Shown: piece after piece, positions 59,043 through 64,000 of the stretch | Layout: every line of letters starts with the position of its first letter | Position numbering within the stretch: the first letter of the stretch is position 1 | From: Rhodobacteraceae bacterium CG17_big_fil_post_rev_8_21_14_2_50_63_15 | GTDB taxonomy: Bacteria > Pseudomonadota > Alphaproteobacteria > Rhodobacterales > Rhodobacteraceae | Assembly: GCA_002783205.1 (NCBI GenBank) | Contig: PFEY01000060.1 | Location: 95,574 to 159,573 of the forward strand | DNA length: 64,000 nucleotides | Direction of reading: 5' to 3' | Program-made: the position numbers and the translations under genes | Notes under the pieces: model-generated | Told to the model about the DNA's origin: nothing | Databases searched by the model: none | What the model saw: only the letters and a program-made list of their open reading frames with translations

Positions 59043-61000
59043 TCGATATCCTCAGCAACAACCGGTGGAGATGGTGTGAGAATTGTGTTTGCGGCTTCTA
59101 TCAAGGCTCTGAGTGGTTCAGGGCAATTCGCCTTGATTATCGCGTCATCAAGAGCTGCAAGGCCCTTGTAGTGAGAGGCTGGTTTAGAGCGAGACTTGAA
59201 AAGGTTTTTGTAAGTGAACAATTCTTGATCTGTAAAAGCCGCGCCAAGACGTGCAACGTCCACATTGCCTTTGCCGCTATCACCAAAAACTGACCTTGCA
59301 ACTTTCTCAGGATCATCTTTCGCCAAATCTAAAGGGCGGCTTGGCAAATAGGCATTTGGGAAAGATTGAACCATCATCATGTCGAGATCCAATGGTGATG
59401 AATAATAGACATTAAGCGTTCTCATCCAATCCACCCATTCATTAAGCATTGCTGAGTTTAACGCTTCGTTCCCCGCCACTTTAGTTGGATCAACCTCGTA
59501 TCCAATATCTTTGAGCCAACTTACAGCATTCTTCATCCTTCCCATTCCAGCGTTGTGCCGTCCAAGGTCAAAATCCAACAATGTTAAGCATGGGATATCT
59601 AATCCTCTGACCAGTTTCCACAAATGTTGAGCGTGTCGTCCCCCGACTGGCACAAACGCAACGAATGAAGGATCTAATGAAACATCAAATGCTTCGGCTA
59701 CTCGTGGAATAACTATACGCTCGCTGTCACCTTCACCGATAATCACAAGACGAGCGAAATAGATTTCTGGATTGGATAAAATCACTTGGTGTAGAAAATT
59801 GTCTTCGTCGGTTCCCTTAGCGGGTAAGGGAATCTCCTTTACGCTGGAAATGAGTGAGTTTCTGCAATTTCTAAAATACCGAACATTCCGAGGCGGGATG
59901 CGACTTAAAACGCTTGTGGAGTGGCTTGTTACAAACGCCTGCGCGGAACCTGTTTTGACGAGTTCTTCTAGCAGTCCGATGAGACGTGGTAAATAGAAGG
60001 GTGCGAGATGGTTTTCTGGCTCTTCTAATGCAAAAATTGTTAGCGGTGCTGGAACAAAATCTAGAGCTTTAAAACCCTCAAGATGCGAGGGAGATTTTGC
60101 TTCCATCTTCCAAATCAAATTATGCAGTGTCGCAGATAGTGCAAAATACAGAAGCGATATTTGGCCTTCACTTAACTCTTCAAGGTGGCGCTGCCCACCC
60201 CCTGGCGACTTTTCAAAACGTAGTGTTAGATCACGGATTAACTGTTCAAATTCTGTCGCAACTACGCTAATTATTGGATTTGCATCATAGTGGCCGTCAT
60301 GAAGCGTGCCCCAAAATGACTTCAGATCGTGGGTAACGGTTCCAATTGCATCCACGCCGTTCAGGCTATTCTCAAGCTCTTTCGCAAAAGCCTGTGACTT
60401 GTTTTTGGTTTCGTCGCTCCAGTCTGCGGAACGTTCAAGCCGCTTCAATACGTTCATCAGAGCATGGCGCGTTACTGCAAGAGAATCCCTGTGCGCAGGA
60501 ATGTATACGAGTTCGGCAAATTGAGTTGGCCGTCCGCGCAACGGAGTTTTGCGCTCATCATCTGGCCCAAATGGAACGTCATCTAGAGTTCGCACTGTAT
60601 AGAGTTTTACCTCAATATCATCTTCGTGAGATTCCGACTTTTTGTAGTTTGCCTCAAGTCGCAAACGGACTTTTAGAGACTGGTCTGCGCTATCGAAAAA
60701 AATGTCGCTAAATACGTGTGGTATGGCGTCTGGGTCGGAAAAACCAAATACGACATCTATGACGACCTCTCTTTCGTCAACTTCTTGACTATCTTCTCCA
60801 TGCCCAAAGTGAACATCACTTTTGCGAAGCTTGCGTTCGGATGAGACGGAGGAAAATAGCCGTTTTAGGGCTTCCAATGCCGAAGATTTGCCAGCACCGT
60901 TGTCACCAACGAAACCAGACACACCACTATTTATCGGAATGCTGACAGATGTATCTCCGAAGCATCGGAAGTTTCGAAGAGAGATTTTTTCTATATGCAT
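59039..61000 (-). CDS. gajA: OLD-family ATP-dependent nuclease (ABC ATPase plus TOPRIM), Gabija GajA-like
   Basis: ISLRNFRCF, GDNGAGKS, ALEEPENHL, VTSHS; TOPRIM IGEGDSE and LLDFD. Confidence 0.85.
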   Translation of the reverse strand: MHIEKISLRNFRCFGDTSVSIPINSGVSGFVGDNGAGKSSALEALKRLFSSVSSERKLRKSDVHFGHGEDSQEVDEREVVIDVVFGFSDPDAIPHVFSDIFFDSADQSLKVRLRLEANYKKSESHEDDIEVKLYTVRTLDDVPFGPDDERKTPLRGRPTQFAELVYIPAHRDSLAVTRHALMNVLKRLERSADWSDETKNKSQAFAKELENSLNGVDAIGTVTHDLKSFWGTLHDGHYDANPIISVVATEFEQLIRDLTLRFEKSPGGGQRHLEELSEGQISLLYFALSATLHNLIWKMEAKSPSHLEGFKALDFVPAPLTIFALEEPENHLAPFYLPRLIGLLEELVKTGSAQAFVTSHSTSVLSRIPPRNVRYFRNCRNSLISSVKEIPLPAKGTDEDNFLHQVILSNPEIYFARLVIIGEGDSERIVIPRVAEAFDVSLDPSFVAFVPVGGRHAQHLWKLVRGLDIPCLTLLDFDLGRHNAGMGRMKNAVSWLKDIGYEVDPTKVAGNEALNSAMLNEWVDWMRTLNVYYSSPLDLDMMMVQSFPNAYLPSRPLDLAKDDPEKVARSVFGDSGKGNVDVARLGAAFTDQELFTYKNLFKSRSKPASHYKGLAALDDAIIKANCPEPLRALIEAANTILTPSPPVVAEDIE

Positions 61001-61057
61001 CAGATAGTCTTTCGAGAATTTATTTAACGTGTTTTATTGCGCGCACTAGGTGGATTC

Positions 61058-64000
61058 CTATCTTACATCGGCTTCTGATCGGACCCCTTGGTCGAATTCT
61101 CTCATTCCACTTCTTGAGAAAAATTCGAATAGACGATCCGTTCTGTCAGACAGATCCGACTCAGAGTAGGTATCGACAGGAAGGCCAGTTCTATCATCGT
61201 AAAGGTAGTCATAGATCGTCTGGCGGAAGCGGTCGCGTGTTGATGTTTTGCCGAAGATATCCTGCACGTCGCGCATTTGCTTCTCAAGCTTCTGAAGGAG
61301 CGATACAGCAACTGACTTGATCTTCTTAATGTCAGCCTTCGAAAGTTCAGGCTTCAGCAGCAGATCAAATACGGCAAGCTGCTCCTCGCTTTCCAAACCT
61401 TCTTGCACGTAGCGCTTGGACTCGGCTGACATCTCGGCTGTTAGCTTCATAAGCTGCTCAAATGTCGCCTCAATCGTGTTCTTGTCTTTCTCCTGATTGT
61501 ACTCGCGCACAATCTCATCGAAGCGCTCCTGAAAGTCTGTGCGGGTCGGGTTCTCTGCCAACATCTTGCGCAGACGGTCTTCTACCACTTTCTTCACATC
61601 CTGCACATCAGAGCGCATGGTCTCGCTCTTCGAAAATTCTTTACGTAACAAATCGAAGTTAATCTTCGATATATCGAATACCTTGTCGTCCGATTCTGGA
61701 TCGGCTGAGACATCAATGGCGTCGCTAACAATTGCGTTTAGTTTTTGAATGATCTCGGACGTGTCGGCATTTTCTCGGTCTTCTTCCAACGTTTTGTAAA
61801 GGAAGCTGATCGCTTCACTGTCCGCTCTAAACGCCTGCACACCCTTGAATGTCAGGCAGGCTTTATATTTTCGAAATACAGAGCGTGCAGATATCTCAAA
61901 CTTCTTACGGCTCTCATCATCGATGTTTACCGCTTCTTTGGCATCCATGATGGCCTTGTTTCTTGCAAAGCCTACGGCAGTCTTCAGCGTATCGAGTTCA
62001 AAGCCGTTGTCTCGCAACTGACTGCGGACAAACTCAATGGCGTCGCTGAGCTTTTCCAGCAGCTCTTCCTCGGGATGCAGCGGATCAGTCTCGGCTCCTC
62101 CTTCGCCGTCGAAGCCGCCTTCACCTGTGTGACCGGCAAAGGTGGCCAAAGCCTTACGAAGGTTTTTCAGAATTCCGCAGTAATCAACGATGAGACCATT
62201 ATTCTTGCCTTCCTTCACGCGGTTCGCGCGGGCTATGGCTTGCATCAACGTGTGGGCCTGGAGCGGCTTATCAAGATAAAGTGTAGAGAGAGAGGGAACA
62301 TCAAAGCCGGTTAGCCACATCGCACATACGATCACGACCCTGAACGGATGATCTTCGCGTTTGAAGGCGGTCTCGACGTCGAGGCGCTTGCCATCTTCAA
62401 GCAAGAAACCGTCCCGCATCAACTTGCGGTGCGGGCCGATATCCAGCCCCCATTTTCGAAACTTATCGACTTCGCCTTGTTCATCACTGATGACAACCGC
62501 CATTTCGGTTTCGCGCATCCATGCAAGTTGTCGTTCGCGCACGACTTGATCCTGATCATCTCTGGTGTCCGATAGCTCCGCTTCGAGACGAGCGATCTGC
62601 CCTTTCCAAGCTTCCTGAATGTATGCGTGCATTCGCACGGCTGTGATCTTGTCGATGGCAACAAACATCGCTTTTCCGGTTTCCCAGCTAGTCGAATAGT
62701 GGGACGCAAAGTCGTTGGCGATGTGCTTCAGGCGCTTTTCGGCGGTGACGACGTGGTACTCACGCTTGAGCTCATTCTCCAGCTTGGCCGCCACATCAGC
62801 ATCACTGATTTCGGCATCTGCGATGGCACTGGCGAGCTTCTCGTTAAGGCCCTCAGCCGACAGTCCTAGCTTGTCGCCCCGCGCATCATAGTAGAGCGGC
62901 AGTGTCGCGTTATCCTCAATGGCGCGCTGGAAGTCATAGGTGGAGACGTATCCACCGAAGACGCGTTGTGTGATCTCATCGCTTGTGAAAAGCGGCGTTC
63001 CCGTAAAGCCGATGAAGCTGGCGTTCGGCAGAGCGTCTCGCATGTTCATGGCCAGCGTCCCGTACTGTGTCCGGTGCGCTTCGTCAGTCATGACAATGAT
63101 GTTTTCCCTGTCGGAGTAGACGTCACCTTCCTTGATTTCTTTGTTGAATTTCTGGATGAGCGAGAAAACAAACGCCTTCTGCTGACCGAGCAAGTTCTTC
63201 AGATCATCACCGCTGTCAGCACGGCACGGGTCTTTGTCATTATTGGCCAAACCAACGCCTGCGAACGTATCATAAATCTGCTTGTCCAGATCAGCGCGGT
63301 CGGTCAGGACAAGGAAAGTGAAGTCACCGCCCAGCTTGCGCCGCACCTTTTGTGCAAACAACGCCATAGAATATGACTTTCCTGAACCTTGCGTGTGCCA
63401 GAAAACACCAAGTTTCCCGTCACGCTCCTTGCGTTCGATCACCGATTGAAGCGCGCGATTGACCCCCAGATACTGGTGGTTACGCGCGACGATCTTGGCC
63501 AGCTTGCCGGTGCTGTCATCGAACAGAATGAAGTTCTCAAAGATATCGAGAAAGTTGGCTTTGGTGCAGATACCCTTGACAAGGGTCTCCATCTGCACAA
63601 CGCCCTTTTCGCCCTCGGCAAGGCGCTTCCAGTCGCTAAAATGTTCGTACTTGGCACTGATCGAACCGACCTTGGCCTCAAACCCGTTCCCCAGCACCAC
63701 AAAGGCGTTGAAGTGGAAGAGCTGCGGAATCGTGTCCATGTAGTCTTTGAAGTTGTCGTCATAGGCGCGGCGCAGCGATTTGTCAGGGCGTTTCAGCTCC
63801 ACGAACATCAGTGGTAGGCCGTTCACGAAGCCGATGATGTCGGGACGGCGGCGGTGGCCGTTGGGGCCACTCACCCACATCTCGCGCACGCACAAGAAGT
63901 TGTTGTTCGCAGGATCGGCGTAATCGAAGACCTTCAACCGCGTCTTCTTGATCTCGCCGTTCTTCTTGTAGCTGGCGACCACCCCGTCGCGGATCAGCTC
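61058..64000 (-). CDS. hsdR: Type I restriction endonuclease subunit R (5' end outside window)
   Basis: PDIIGFVNGLPL..VELK nuclease motif; WHTQGSGKS, DEAHR, GFTGTP, MWLTGFDVP and QAIARANR. Confidence 0.95.
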   Translation of the reverse strand, partial: ELIRDGVVASYKKNGEIKKTRLKVFDYADPANNNFLCVREMWVSGPNGHRRRPDIIGFVNGLPLMFVELKRPDKSLRRAYDDNFKDYMDTIPQLFHFNAFVVLGNGFEAKVGSISAKYEHFSDWKRLAEGEKGVVQMETLVKGICTKANFLDIFENFILFDDSTGKLAKIVARNHQYLGVNRALQSVIERKERDGKLGVFWHTQGSGKSYSMALFAQKVRRKLGGDFTFLVLTDRADLDKQIYDTFAGVGLANNDKDPCRADSGDDLKNLLGQQKAFVFSLIQKFNKEIKEGDVYSDRENIIVMTDEAHRTQYGTLAMNMRDALPNASFIGFTGTPLFTSDEITQRVFGGYVSTYDFQRAIEDNATLPLYYDARGDKLGLSAEGLNEKLASAIADAEISDADVAAKLENELKREYHVVTAEKRLKHIANDFASHYSTSWETGKAMFVAIDKITAVRMHAYIQEAWKGQIARLEAELSDTRDDQDQVVRERQLAWMRETEMAVVISDEQGEVDKFRKWGLDIGPHRKLMRDGFLLEDGKRLDVETAFKREDHPFRVVIVCAMWLTGFDVPSLSTLYLDKPLQAHTLMQAIARANRVKEGKNNGLIVDYCGILKNLRKALATFAGHTGEGGFDGEGGAETDPLHPEEELLEKLSDAIEFVRSQLRDNGFELDTLKTAVGFARNKAIMDAKEAVNIDDESRKKFEISARSVFRKYKACLTFKGVQAFRADSEAISFLYKTLEEDRENADTSEIIQKLNAIVSDAIDVSADPESDDKVFDISKINFDLLRKEFSKSETMRSDVQDVKKVVEDRLRKMLAENPTRTDFQERFDEIVREYNQEKDKNTIEATFEQLMKLTAEMSAESKRYVQEGLESEEQLAVFDLLLKPELSKADIKKIKSVAVSLLQKLEKQMRDVQDIFGKTSTRDRFRQTIYDYLYDDRTGLPVDTYSESDLSDRTDRLFEFFSRSGMREFDQGVRSEADVR

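Larger units (their letters stand above)
51066..64000. mobile_element. Probable tRNA-integrated mobilizable defence island (continues past window end)
   Basis: att-like end, mobC and relaxase, ardC, Fic, Gabija-type pair, hsdR and an AT-rich segment; no integrase or T4SS within the window. Confidence 0.75.

Noticed and set aside
1-64000. CRISPR arrays, rRNA genes, IS transposases, integrases, prophage genes
   Set aside because: No regularly spaced repeat-spacer array and no corresponding motifs seen

Overview
GC-rich alphaproteobacterial chromosome segment; gene content is typical of Rhodobacteraceae/roseobacters, but the taxon is an inference. Left to right: end of a family III CoA-transferase, a DUF302 protein, a TTC38-like TPR protein, periplasmic glucan genes (opgC-opgG-opgH), and an arsenite oxidase cluster (aioXSR-aioBA-moeA, no cytochrome c gene) whose AioR has lost its sigma54-activator motifs. 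Next is an organosulfonate block: a probable isethionate cluster (iseRMLK/iseJ), an AcrAB-type pump with TetR, and a complete DHPS cluster (hpsR-hpsKLMNOP-usp) without slcD. Then a two-component pair divergent from an acyl-CoA ligase/LIV-type ABC operon, a DadA-like oxidoreductase, rpmJ (L36, missing from the ORF track), tRNA-Val(GAC), a formylglutamate amidohydrolase and dinB. From about 51066 to beyond the window end lies a probable tRNA-integrated mobilizable island. It carries mobC, a MOBP relaxase, small unknown genes, a class II Fic protein, ardC followed by an 86-aa protein ending in the beta-clamp motif QLSLF, a low-GC Gabija-type pair (OLD nuclease plus UvrD helicase) and a type I restriction subunit HsdR. 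Product calls rest on motif recognition and remembered synteny; no database searches were run.
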